Assembly: GCA_964188305.1 (NCBI GenBank)
Contig: OZ076888.1
Source: Podarcis bocagei
Taxonomy: Eukaryota
Strand: one strand, 5' to 3'
DNA: 64,000 nt
Below the pieces are notes generated by a model. The model saw nothing but the letters and a program-made list of their open reading frames with translations, searched no databases and was not told the origin of the DNA. Shown here one piece after another: positions 32,601 through 41,331 of this stretch (its first letter is position 1; every line of letters begins with the position of its first letter). A program made the translations under genes and the position numbers.

Positions 32601-35297
32601 TTCCGCGGCACACTAGTGTGCCGCGAGATGTTGCCTGGTGTGCCGCGAGATGTTGCCTGGAGGGAGGCGGGCGAGTCAGGCGGCGAGAGGCGGGGCGGCG
32701 GCGGCGAGGAGAGGCCGCCCAGCGCGGGGCTCTCGCCGTCTGCCTGCCTGGCTGCCTGCAAGCTCGGCGGGCAGCGCCTCCGCCCGCACCGCCCGCCTCG
32801 CGGCTCTCATTCCCTGCCCCTGCCAAAGCTCACCCAGCCAAGCCGCGCTCTCCTTCCTGCCTCGCTTTGCTGCCTCCCCCCCCCAAAGCTTGGAGGTTCC
32901 CCGGCAAGGGGGAGGGAAAAAAATTGAAACTTACACTTTCGTGCGTCCCTCCCGGCGTGACGCTGCGCGCTGACGTCATGGGGCTGTAATGGTGGTGTGC
33001 CTCGAGATTTTTTTCATCAAACAAGTGTGCCTTTGCCCAAAAAAGGTTGGGAAACACTGCTCTAGATGCATCACTCACATGACTAACGGAGCAGCCCTAA
33101 GCTGTGTTGGTGCTGGGGCCTGGAATATGCCACTGCTATGCGAGTGGAATGGCTACTAAATGCAGTACCTGCTCAGCCCTGGACATGAGTGGGGAATGGA
33201 GGGAAGACACACCAGCCAACTTCCTTGGAAACACTGCTATTGTCCACCAGTTTCAGAATGTGGTAGAAATGATACCTCCCATGCTGCCCAGAAACAAAGG
33301 GAGCCAAACCACACTGGCTGGCTTGTGAGTGGAGCCATGCTAGCTACCACTATGCTTCCTCAATACACAGCATCCCAACATGTGAGCCTCAGTAGCACGG
33401 CTCCCAAGAGGCCCCAGGCAGCCTTGTAGGAAAGGATCCAGCACCTCAAATACCCCATCCCACATAGTTGCACACCAGCCTCAGATCCCTGGCAGCCCAT
33501 AGAACCAACCCCCAACCACCCTGTGCCTGATGGCCTCTGCCTTCTGGGTAGCATCCCATCCCTCACTGACTGCCTCATATCCCCTGGCAGCAACACTCAG
33601 CCCCCTGGTGCATTCTCAGTGACCCATCTGTGGAGCCAGAGGAAACAGGAAGTGGGGGAGTCCAAGTCACATCCAACCTCCCTACCCACCCTCCTTCCAA
33701 GAGTTGCATCCTAAAGCCACTTGAACCTGATTCAACACTTATGGAACATTGATGTTTTTTTATTGAATGGCACCTGATAGAGTGAATCTGAAAAAATAAA
33801 GAGGCATGTACATGGTTACTGACCAATCATCCCAGCAGAGGTTTTGTGCTGAGTGGCCAACCCTACAGAGGAGCAACTGGAAGGGAAATTTTCTGTGCCA
33901 TGTTTGGTATAAAGATGTACTGTTGATGTTGACATGGATGTGTATTGAAGGGGTACGGGATCCAGCATAAGTGCTGCTTGTCTCTGTTGCCCATAGCTGT
34001 GACGCTTTCCAGATACGTATGTCACTGGCTGAGCGTTCTGCCAGCATATCTGTTGTGGCAGTGACACATGTGGCATTCTTCCAGTGCCGCAGGGTTTCCA
34101 CTGAATCTTGTAACCCCTGATCCAGTGTAGGAGTAAGCCCTAAGCCCATCTGCCCTGCTGCTCTTAGAACTCTTTCTTTCCCAGTGTAACAAAAGGCTGT
34201 TTCTTTCCTTTCCAAATCTGGGGAATTGAACTTGATGCCTCTGCTCCTATTGGCTGATGGCCATTTTTGCATTTGGATGCTCCTTCCTTCTGAATTAAGG
34301 CTCCATTTTTTTTCCCGGAGCAGCTTAATTTCCAGAAGTTTGGCAGACAAGTGTGTGACATGGCAGGCTAGTAAATCTATGCAGCATGAGTAAGATCATG
34401 TTAGAAGTTGACTTGAATTTAGGCAGGCCAGTTGCTGGCAACTGAACCATCCTATCTTAGAGAGTGACAGCAAGGTTCAGAGGTTAGAGTTTTCTCATCT
34501 TCCCTAGTTACAGAAACCTGCTTCCTCTCCAGCCATCAATGTGATTTGAGCAAGTCTTAGGTCCCCTGAGGACAGGAAAGGGGAGTTCAATTCCGTATGT
34601 ATACATTACCATGTATAAGCAGCAGCAGCTTGCAATCTCATGTTCTCCTTTTTGGTATGAAGCCTATGGACTTACAGAACTGCCTTTTGGAATAATAGAA
34701 TCATAGAATTGTAGAGTGGGAAGGAATCCCAAGGGTCATCTGGTCCAGCTCCATGCAATGCAGGCATCCTGCCCGCAGCCACCCCTGGGTGGGCCTGAAC
34801 CATCAACCTCTGGTTAACATCCAGACACATTGACCTATTGCAGCACAGAGGCTGCAAAGATTCTTTTGAAGTGTGTGATGTGTGTCTATAGCTTGATGCC
34901 TAAACTCATTGCCAAGAATTGACCAAGAAGCTGCTGTCAGGATAGTTAACTTTTATCTGACAGATAAAACTAGTGAATAGATTTAAAGTGTTAATGTTAG
35001 TCCTCAAACTGCCTTGAGTAGGCTATTTCTGTTGGCAGCATCCGTGAATGAAAGGAAGATGTGCAGAGAAGCAACCAAGCTAGAAGAGTGGGTTAAAATG
35101 GTCCTTAGCCTTAAATCTGCTCTTCTCAACAGGAAGTAGAGGTGTAATGTGGTGAAATGTTTCCGTGGCTTCCTATCCTTTCCTAATGCTTGCAAGCACA
35201 GCTCAGTACAAATGTACTAATTATTCTCCTTCTGGTACAGGACTCCCGGAAATATACTCGATTCCATGGTTCCTCGACAAAGGAGTCTTCCATTTGA
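17472..35297 (+). CDS. ARHGAP19: Rho GTPase-activating protein 19, 12 coding exons; in-frame TGA in exon 11 gives 474 aa, versus 508 aa if it were a sense codon
   Basis: Translation matches recalled human ARHGAP19 (DAICSLVICNDSS, FNPDFFVEKLRHEKPE, arginine finger EGLFRVPG, QFDDKGNKTNIPDK, KRARTRSFSGLIKRKVLG); phases consistent; synteny with RRP12 and SLIT1. Confidence 0.95.
17993..18287 (+). mobile_element. CR1 LINE 3' end fragment
   Basis: GGATTAGACAAATTCATGGAGGAGAG...GCTGGACTAGAT...TCTTATGTTCTTATG, typical squamate CR1 3' end. Confidence 0.7.
18405..18645 (-). mobile_element. MIR-like (Squam3-type) tRNA-derived SINE
   Basis: TTTA tail, TTTATCCTCACAA core, reverse B-box GAATTGAACCC; reverse complement of the copy at 18720. 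Confidence 0.7.
18720..18941 (+). mobile_element. MIR-like (Squam3-type) tRNA-derived SINE
   Basis: A-box-like TGTGGTGTACTGG, core GTTGTGAGGATAAA, A-rich tail. Confidence 0.7.
19036..19413 (-). mobile_element. Old L1/Tx1-clade ORF2 C-terminal remnant
   Basis: Reverse translation with frameshift and stop: LLHKELTTFLLVVAQLLIA / HITQWKQNMWTLASSEKLT...FVAIWHPIIKY; poly(T) and TTTATT at the left end. Confidence 0.55.
19414..20165 (+). mobile_element. L2-clade LINE, 5'-truncated, fairly young (open ORF2 C-terminus 19443-19976)
   Basis: L2 motifs VTSRLDYCNLLYVGLP, LQRVQNAAARLL, LHWLPVEYRIRFKVL; CpG retained; 3' UTR ending ATAAATAAA. Confidence 0.88.
21052..21298 (+). mobile_element. Sauria SINE, 5'-truncated, 10-bp TSD
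   Basis: CCTAGCAGTTCGAAAGCACGTCAAAGTGCAAGTAGATAAATAGGTACC body, CCCTTTACCCTTTACCTT tail; TSD TACTTATTAA at 21042-21051 and 21299-21308. Confidence 0.9.
22963..23055. mobile_element. Short Penelope-like-element terminal remnant with inverted structure
   Basis: GGTAGCCGTGTTGGTCTGCCATAGTCAAAA and GGTGCTACTGGAAGGA resemble recalled squamate PLE termini in opposite orientations; flanked by GGGAATG direct repeats. Confidence 0.5.
25293..25629. mobile_element. Degenerate hAT-type MITE
   Basis: Subterminal GGCCC motifs (GGCCCCGGGGACCAAATGTGGCCCTC) and right end GGGCTGAAATAGTTTCCCTACCCCAG. Confidence 0.5.
25718..25974 (+). CDS. ARHGAP19: ARHGAP19 exon 2
   Basis: tag|DAICSLVICNDSSLQRHQIIFNPDFFVEKLRHEKPE...FFRSLMSLKRK|gtgagc. 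Confidence 0.95.
26162..26370. mobile_element. Tc1/mariner-pogo-type MITE remnant
   Basis: TA|CAGGCAAT...ATTGCCTG|TA: inverted termini with TA flanks. Confidence 0.6.
26410..26549. mobile_element. Palindromic ~140-bp MITE (abundant squamate family; related copies near 10777, 35954, 36653, 36988, 37875, 41283/43714, 55735)
   Basis: GGGGTGGGAAACCTGTGGCCCT...GGCCACAGGTTCGCCACCC inverted arms. Confidence 0.7.
26872..27055 (+). mobile_element. tRNA-Ala-derived SINE, degenerate
   Basis: TAGCTTGGTGACAGAGCATGCGCTTTGCAT...ATCCCTGGCATCT resembles tRNA-Ala(TGC); tail GCTGCTGCCAG...CTAGATG...GTCTGA. Confidence 0.55.
29004..29084 (+). CDS. ARHGAP19: ARHGAP19 exon 3
   Basis: tag|EKGVVFGAPLTEEGIAQISQLIEYLHK|gtaagt. 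Confidence 0.95.
29410..29619 (+). CDS. ARHGAP19: ARHGAP19 exon 4 (RhoGAP arginine finger)
   Basis: cag|NLRVEGLFRVPGNSTRQQ...HAHLKIS|gtgagt. Confidence 0.96.
29924..30150 (+). CDS. ARHGAP19: ARHGAP19 exon 5
   Basis: tag|DLMQFDDKGNK...NKMSAHNLALMFSPHILWPRN|gtaagt. Confidence 0.96.
30314..30400 (+). CDS. ARHGAP19: ARHGAP19 exon 6
   Basis: cag|VTASDLQENIPKLNNGMAFMIKHSQKLFK|gtaggt. Confidence 0.95.
31107..31172 (+). CDS. ARHGAP19: ARHGAP19 exon 7
   Basis: aag|APSYIRECARLHYLDSRTHASK|gtaaga. Confidence 0.94.
31645..31836 (+). CDS. ARHGAP19: ARHGAP19 exon 8
   Basis: cag|DDLDLPVP...HTEEALKELFHHVHNMPDSAKKKKLIQQ|gtagaa. Confidence 0.94.
31976..32074 (+). CDS. ARHGAP19: ARHGAP19 exon 9
   Basis: tag|FQKHPEALTPQAGVPTPRTQKRARTRSFSGLIK|gtatgg. 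Confidence 0.93.
32304..32414 (+). CDS. ARHGAP19: ARHGAP19 exon 10
   Basis: cag|RKVLGSQGSLDKKGKDAVLESAGMKEQKHGSKENVSM|gtaagg. Confidence 0.9.
32582..33059. mobile_element. Young non-autonomous hAT transposon (478 bp) in ARHGAP19 intron 10
   Basis: Perfect 15-bp TIRs CAGTGTTTCCCAACC/GGTTGGGAAACACTG; perfect 8-bp TSD CTCTAGAT at 32574-32581 and 33060-33067; CpG-rich interior. Confidence 0.93.
34508..34594 (+). CDS. ARHGAP19: ARHGAP19 exon 11 (87 nt, phase 0-0) with in-frame TGA at 34547-34549
   Basis: TTTTCTCATCTTCCCTAG|LQKPASSPAINVI*ASLRSPEDRKGEFNS|GTATGT; loosely aligns with recalled human LLFSGSPAVTMTPTRLKWSEGKKE. Confidence 0.72.
34693..34852 (-). mobile_element. tRNA-Asn-derived SINE with CR1-like 3' tail
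   Basis: Reverse strand GCCTCTGTGCTGCAATAGGTCAATGTGTCTGGATGTTAACCAGAGGTTGATGGTTCAGGCCCACCCAGGGG resembles tRNA-Asn(GTT); tail ...CTCTACAATTCTATGATTCTA. Confidence 0.75.
35241..35297 (+). CDS. ARHGAP19: ARHGAP19 putative terminal exon 12 coding part (DSRKYTRFHGSSTKESSI*)
   Basis: TTCTCCTTCTGGTACAG acceptor, open in phase 0, CpG-retaining, ends in a class I PDZ-like motif, followed by 3'UTR-like sequence. Confidence 0.62.
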   Translation, partial: DSRKYTRFHGSSTKESSI

Positions 35298-37531
35298 AGA
35301 TCCACTCAATGGTCGGTCTCTCTCTTTATATCAATATATATCTACACACAGCAAAGACTTGCAGCTCTGTGGATAATGCCTGCTACTCCCTGCTACTGTG
35401 AGTCAGGACTCGCTTATCCCTCTAACCTCACTTATTGGAGCCTGGCCTACAACTGTGTGTCTGCCAGAATAACAGACTCTTCCACTGAACATGAGGAAAC
35501 CACTATTCAACCACTTGTCTAGCCTGAGAATGGACTGGACAGTATCTGCAGTATAGCCTCTCTTTGGAGAGGTTGCTTTGTATGCCTTGTTCTCTCAGCT
35601 GTCCATCTTTCTAACAGTTCTTTGGGACTTGGCTTACACTGTCCTGTTTTGTGGCTGGTGTTTGTTTGTTTGTTTTTTGATTTTGGCTTTTAGTGTGTAC
35701 GCACACTGTTTCTTTTACCCCTGCAATTCCCATTAGCATCCACAGTAGAGTCAAGCTTTCAGATCCCCTTGGCAGCTAGGCTCATCTCGGCCTCTCTTTG
35801 TATGGAAGTCTCTCTGTTGTGGTTACTGATGGGATTTGAGAAGTAGCTGTGCTCTTAGCTGCCTCTCCCAGATTGCAGGGATCTCCCTCAGGCCTGTGGC
35901 TCATCTGTCACAAATCCCAGCGTCTGATGTATCCGAACTTAGACATCTTAAACCAGGGATGCGGGGAGCCTGTGGCACTCTAGATGTTGTTGGAGTCTCC
36001 AGTTAGCCCAGCCACTATGCCCTATTCTTGGGGATGATTGGGAGTTGTAGTCCAGCAATATCCCTCATTTAAGAGCAGCGGTAGCAGGAAATAATTTCTG
36101 AAAACTGCCCCTTTAAAAAAATAGAGCCCAAGGGCTCCTTGGCTGAATTCTAGCATGTCTGGTGAATCACCTGCAATGTGATTACATCTTTCTCCCCTCA
36201 AAAGGCCGCCAGTTCTGTTGCCACAGACACTTGCCTTCTGCCTGCTACGATTATTCTTCCATCAGCGCTGATTGCCAAGACAGCGTTTTGGCTGAGGCTC
36301 TGCCTGATGGAGTCTGTTTCACTGCCCCCTACCTGTCACATTCCCATTATCTGTGGCCCAGGCTCTGATGTACGTTGCTCAGGCAGGACAGGGGGCTGAC
36401 AGTTTAATGACTAACAATCTGCTGAAAATGCACTGAAAGAGAGGAACTTGCAAATACAGAAGGCTAACTGACTTGCTCCCTGGAAAGGAGGAGAGGCTGT
36501 CAAGATGAATAAAAGAAATGTTCCTGTTTCCTTCCATCAACAAGAAGAGGGCAGGTGGGAGGGTGGTGCAATGCTATAGCAATACTGCTATTTACAGCTC
36601 TGTATTTGCTAAGCTTTCCCCTGTACCTAAAGTAACAAGTGTCTGTCTGGGTCAGGGGTGGTGAACCTGTGGCCCTCCAAGTTGTGTTGGACAAAACACC
36701 TATTAAAACTCCCACCTATTACCTGTACACTGTCACCAGCCCCAGCTAATGTGGCTGAGTTGAACAACATCTGGAGGGCCACTTACTATTCCTGATAACT
36801 GGCTTCTGCCTTAGTCTCAGAGAGATTTGGCTCAAAGGCTTTTGCAAAGGCACTGTATATTTGAATTTCCTAAATATGCGAGGATTGAGCTTCCTTTTAT
36901 TATTCTAAAAAGAATGTCGTAAATCTGTGTCAGGGACCCTGTCAAATGGTCTTCTGATGTGTGGAGATGTATACACCCCTGTTAAAGCAGGTATGGGGAA
37001 CCTGTGGCCTTCCAGGTGTTCAACTCGACCTCTTGTCACCCACAACAAGTAGCCATATGGTCTGGAGCTGATAAAGAGTTTGGGGTCCGACCACACCTGG
37101 AGACTAACAGGTTAGCTGCTTCTATGTTCCTCATCTCCCCAACCCCCAAGCTGGCATGTAGCTTCAGCCAAAGAAGTAGAAAGCTGCTAACACTTGGGAG
37201 GTCATAGGCAAGACTGAAAAATGCCCCAAAAAATGTCAGGGGAAGCAATCATAGTGGGCAAAACCAGTTTCGACTACTCTAGATCTTAAGCTTGGGTCAT
37301 TCAAATCTTAGCGGTATTGTAAGTGAAAGCAGGACTGCCCCCCATTGTTGTGTCAGTGTTGCTTGTGCAGGTTCTCTGACTGCCCCCATTGTTTTTCATG
37401 TTTTACTGTTCTGTTCTCTTAACTTATCCTTATGTGGACAACCTTTACTTATTTATGCAATGTAGTAATGTAAGTAAAATAATATGTTGTTTCTTGTGGT
37501 GTATTGCCCTCTGTTAATGTGAAAATCCCAC

Positions 37532-37537
37532 ATTAAA
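37532..37537 (+). terminator. Probable distal ARHGAP19 poly(A) signal ATTAAA (proximal AATAAA at 36508-36513)
   Basis: Preceded by AT/TGTA-rich sequence and followed by GT/T-rich elements. Confidence 0.45.
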
Positions 37538-40500
37538 TACTGGTGGTTATTGGTGCCTTCTTAACAGACTCTTGGCTAATTTTATTTTTTATTCAGAATG
37601 GAGATCGGATTTAAGAGACGGAGAGTCTGTGACCATAAGTATAATGACTTTAAAAGTGTGCGCTTTTGGAGCTGGGCTTGACTAGGGGACTCCTGTGCCC
37701 GTTCCCTTCCAACTATCAGCAACCCACTTCTTTTCATCTTGCTCTTTCCCATGATTCTATATTCTTCCCATTACTGGCCCAGCATTCCACAATGGTATAG
37801 AAAGTGGGCATCACACTAGTCCTCATAGACATTGTAAAACGGAAGGGCAAACTGATGGTCCTCCATTCTGTTATTGGAGGACAACTCTCATCTGCTCTAG
37901 CCAGCACAGCCAATGGTCAGGGATGATGGGCATGGTGGTCCACTAACAGCTATAGGGTCACTGGTTCCCCATCTCTGCTGTAGGGCTTCTGAAAAGACAT
38001 TTGGGGAAAGAGGGAGCCTGTGTTAGATGATCACTATGAAAAGAAGGTTCTTCCCATGGACTGAGTTAATGGAGTAGAGAACCAAGACAACAATGCAGTC
38101 AGAATCCACCCCACTTCTCCACAAGGCTTAATTTGAGGGGAAGGCATCGTTAGGCTTCCTGCTGGCATTGACCCCTGTTGAAAACCCCTGGGGAGCCACT
38201 GCCAGTCAGCCTAGACAATGCTGGACTAGCTGCACCATTTCTCTGGCTCAAGGCAGCTCTACATCCAAGTTATTTCAGAACAAAGTGATTGGGAAGAGGC
38301 TATACCTTGCAATCATCCAGCAAGCTACCAATAACTACCTTCTGCCAACCCATGTAGGCAATGCTACTTCTGAAGCATTAGCATTGCTAAAACCCAGAGA
38401 AGTTATTTGTTGCCATGTGCTGACAGTCAAAACTGAGGGAATCAGAGAGATCCTGAACTCAAAACTACTTCCCTGGAGACTGACCTTGGGAAAGCTCCCA
38501 AAGCTATTTTCCCTGGAAAATGAAATTTCGTGACAGTTTGAAAAGTCACGGCAACAGTGATGATAGGATGTGAAACCTGGTTGCCTTCCCATGCATGCAA
38601 GTGTCTGTCTATAACTGGGTGGAAGGACCTGATACTCGTCTGCCAATTTCCTTTCTCCGATATTAAAATCTAAGCAAACGGTACTTTATTCTTGGGAACG
38701 AGAGGAAAAAAACTTCTGCTACAGAGCCACAAGAGGGAGCTATTTGCTCATCCATGCCTTGTGATTTCCTGTCTACACACCTTAGCATGATCAGCTGGTA
38801 GGTGAAAGGGATTGTGACATGAGAGGTGATGGAGCAAAGGATTGCTATTCTCATTCTTGGTTTGGCCAGTTTTAGCAGATGGGGCCCTGTGATTTATTTT
38901 CTCTATTGCCTTCACTTGATGCAAACTGCTCCAGATTCCTTAAGCCAAGCAAAATGGGGCCCACACACCAACCCGATGACATGCTGTAATGCAGTTCCTA
39001 ATGCAGATGAAACGCAACAGTCCTGTAGCAGTTATTAATGACTCCCATCCCAAGACCACCTTCTAGCTAGCCATAAATACAGAGAAGACAACTCCTTGGC
39101 ATCTCTATCAATAAAGCAGGACAGGACTATTATGCCTCCCTCTCTTGTCGGGCCAGGGAAAGGGTTTGGTGGGCTCCATGCAAAGGAAAATCAAATGGAG
39201 TTGAAGAGAAGCAATGCGATGCCCAGTGTACTTCCTTTTGAATCCTTCCTGCCCCCTTCCGGGAGCCAAGGCAATCAGGAAAAACCCTTGGGAACCAAGT
39301 CCTCTCCAAAGAGGCATGAGTTTATTGCAGTAAAACTGCAGTGTTTGACACGATGGAGAAATATGCCAGACATACTTGGCAACAGCAAGTGGAAAGTTAG
39401 CCTAATAAGCAGTAAATTATCCCACTCTTTCCCCGAGGAGGGATAATGAATTTCTCCAAGTAAAGGAACAGAGAGGGAGAGAGAGGAAGAAAGTGTAACA
39501 GTGAGTACAAACAGGGTCTCTGGCTTAGAGATTCTACATGGAACAGTAACCAAATTCCCACAAATTTGTCACATGTGTGTGGAATTTGATCCATTTTGTG
39601 TAAACGATGGCTAGAATGCGGTGGGGGAATAGCTGGCACATTCTGCAGCATCTGTTAGGAAAGCTATTGTAATAAGAGTCTCTGAGGGTTCCAGGACAAT
39701 AACCATCTCAAGTCCACGTACCTGCAGTTGAAGCCAGTTTCCTGAGCCACCCAAGTGGTGGGATCTTTCCTTTTGCCCGTAGGAAATAGACTAAGAATCA
39801 AGATTACAAATAAATACTTTCTCTGGGCTGGGAGACTGCTACAGTCAATTACCCAAACAACCGTGAAGGCCCTTGGTAGGACCGAATAACAAATCCCAGA
39901 AGCTACGACCAAAATAGGCTTCTGTTGTAACCAATAATGTGCTGCATTATGGAACTCTGGATGGCTTTAAAGGCTGGAATAAAGCCATATTGGAAGGGGG
40001 AGGTGTTGTGTGTCCTCTGACTTGACAATATCAGAACTAAAGGTGGCGGAAATCCAAGTATTTAGCAGCTACTATGATTGCTTTTAACCTATCTTTTGAG
40101 GGCATATGTAAATTCCACCTCCACACTTGCACATGTTGTTGGCCACCATGTCGAATCAGCAACCAATGGCTGGAATTGAGTCATATTTTGAAAAATGTAC
40201 TCTCTGTCTTTCTAAACCCAGCAGGACACGAGCAAATCCATGCCTTTTCTGCTTGTATTGCCATGTAAACATTAATAATCAGCATTGGTAGCAACATTGT
40301 CCCCAAAACAGGAGTGCAATAATTGTCACGGCCCACTTGCACGAGGGCTGCTCTTATATCAAGGCAATAAGTCTTGGATAGACCCCTGTAAGTTAAGGAA
40401 ATGGCAGGAGTGGCCTTCAGGTGACTTGACTAACTGGTGTTCTCAAATATTACTAGTCTGACGCTGGATCTGCCCGTTTTTGACAACAATTACTTCTAGA

Positions 40501-41331
40501 AGTTGTTCTGGAGATGTGGCAACCATACAGGCTTTGAGCCCAGTTAACCTGGAAATGAAGAGCACAGCAGGCCAAATGCTAGAAAGGAAGTCTTCCCCTA
40601 GTGGTTAGAGGCCACTGGAAAGGAGGCAAGATGGGTCTCACTTGGAAGGGAGTTCCAAATTCTAGGGCCGCCCAGAGCCTTTCTGCTATTTATTACCTAC
40701 TTTTCTTCCTCTGCATTTCTCATGGGTACGCAATATGCCGCACCTTATAGCTATAAAGCAAAGTGGTTCATGCGGTAGCTAAAACATGTTTGTTAGTGTG
40801 AACAAGAGCTGTGGAAGCTGGATATTCTGAGCTGGAAGTCTTGTTTATATCTGAGCTCAGGGTGATGAGAGAAATTATCCTGCAGGTACAGCACTCATTT
40901 TGTGTTTTAGCCACATGTTCCAAGGCTCAGCCTAGGACTGGAAAAAAGACTCCAGAACTGATCCCTGTCTCAGGTAAGTCCTGCTTTTTCTAGCCCCTTT
41001 TATTTGGTCTGTCTTCTTGCACATACCATGCTGCTCACAAGTGCTCAGAGATGTTTTTCCCTGACATCTTATGGTTCTCTGTGTTAGTAGCTGTAAGTCA
41101 AAGTTGTTGGAGATAACCTTTTACACAAAGAGCTCATGATAGGGGGCCTTGCAAATAAACAGAGGACTTTGAGCCACACCTTTCATTGCATTTTCTCAGT
41201 CATTGTTGTTTCATCAGGAGAGAGACTTTCAGAGTCCATCTTGGATGCTATGGCTAAAATTCCATCTCCGTATCTCTTTATGGCAGGGGTGGTTCTCATT
41301 ATGTTGTTGGACTACAGCTCCCATGATTCTT

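Noticed and set aside
32576-33078. Six overlapping GC-rich ORFs
   Set aside because: Stop-poor interior of the hAT MITE; no transposase motifs
33760-34350. 196-aa minus-strand ORF in ARHGAP19 intron 10
   Set aside because: No recognisable domain or promoter context; consistent with a chance ORF
34547-34549. Selenocysteine recoding of the ARHGAP19 TGA
   Set aside because: No Cys at the aligned human position as recalled, and no convincing SECIS seen in the 3' UTR (the ATGA...TGA near 35491 lacks a proper stem); SECISearch would be needed to exclude it formally
34780-34852. Functional tRNA-Asn gene (likewise tRNA-Ile at 57177)
   Set aside because: Multiple stem-disrupting substitutions and an attached LINE-like tail; these are SINE heads
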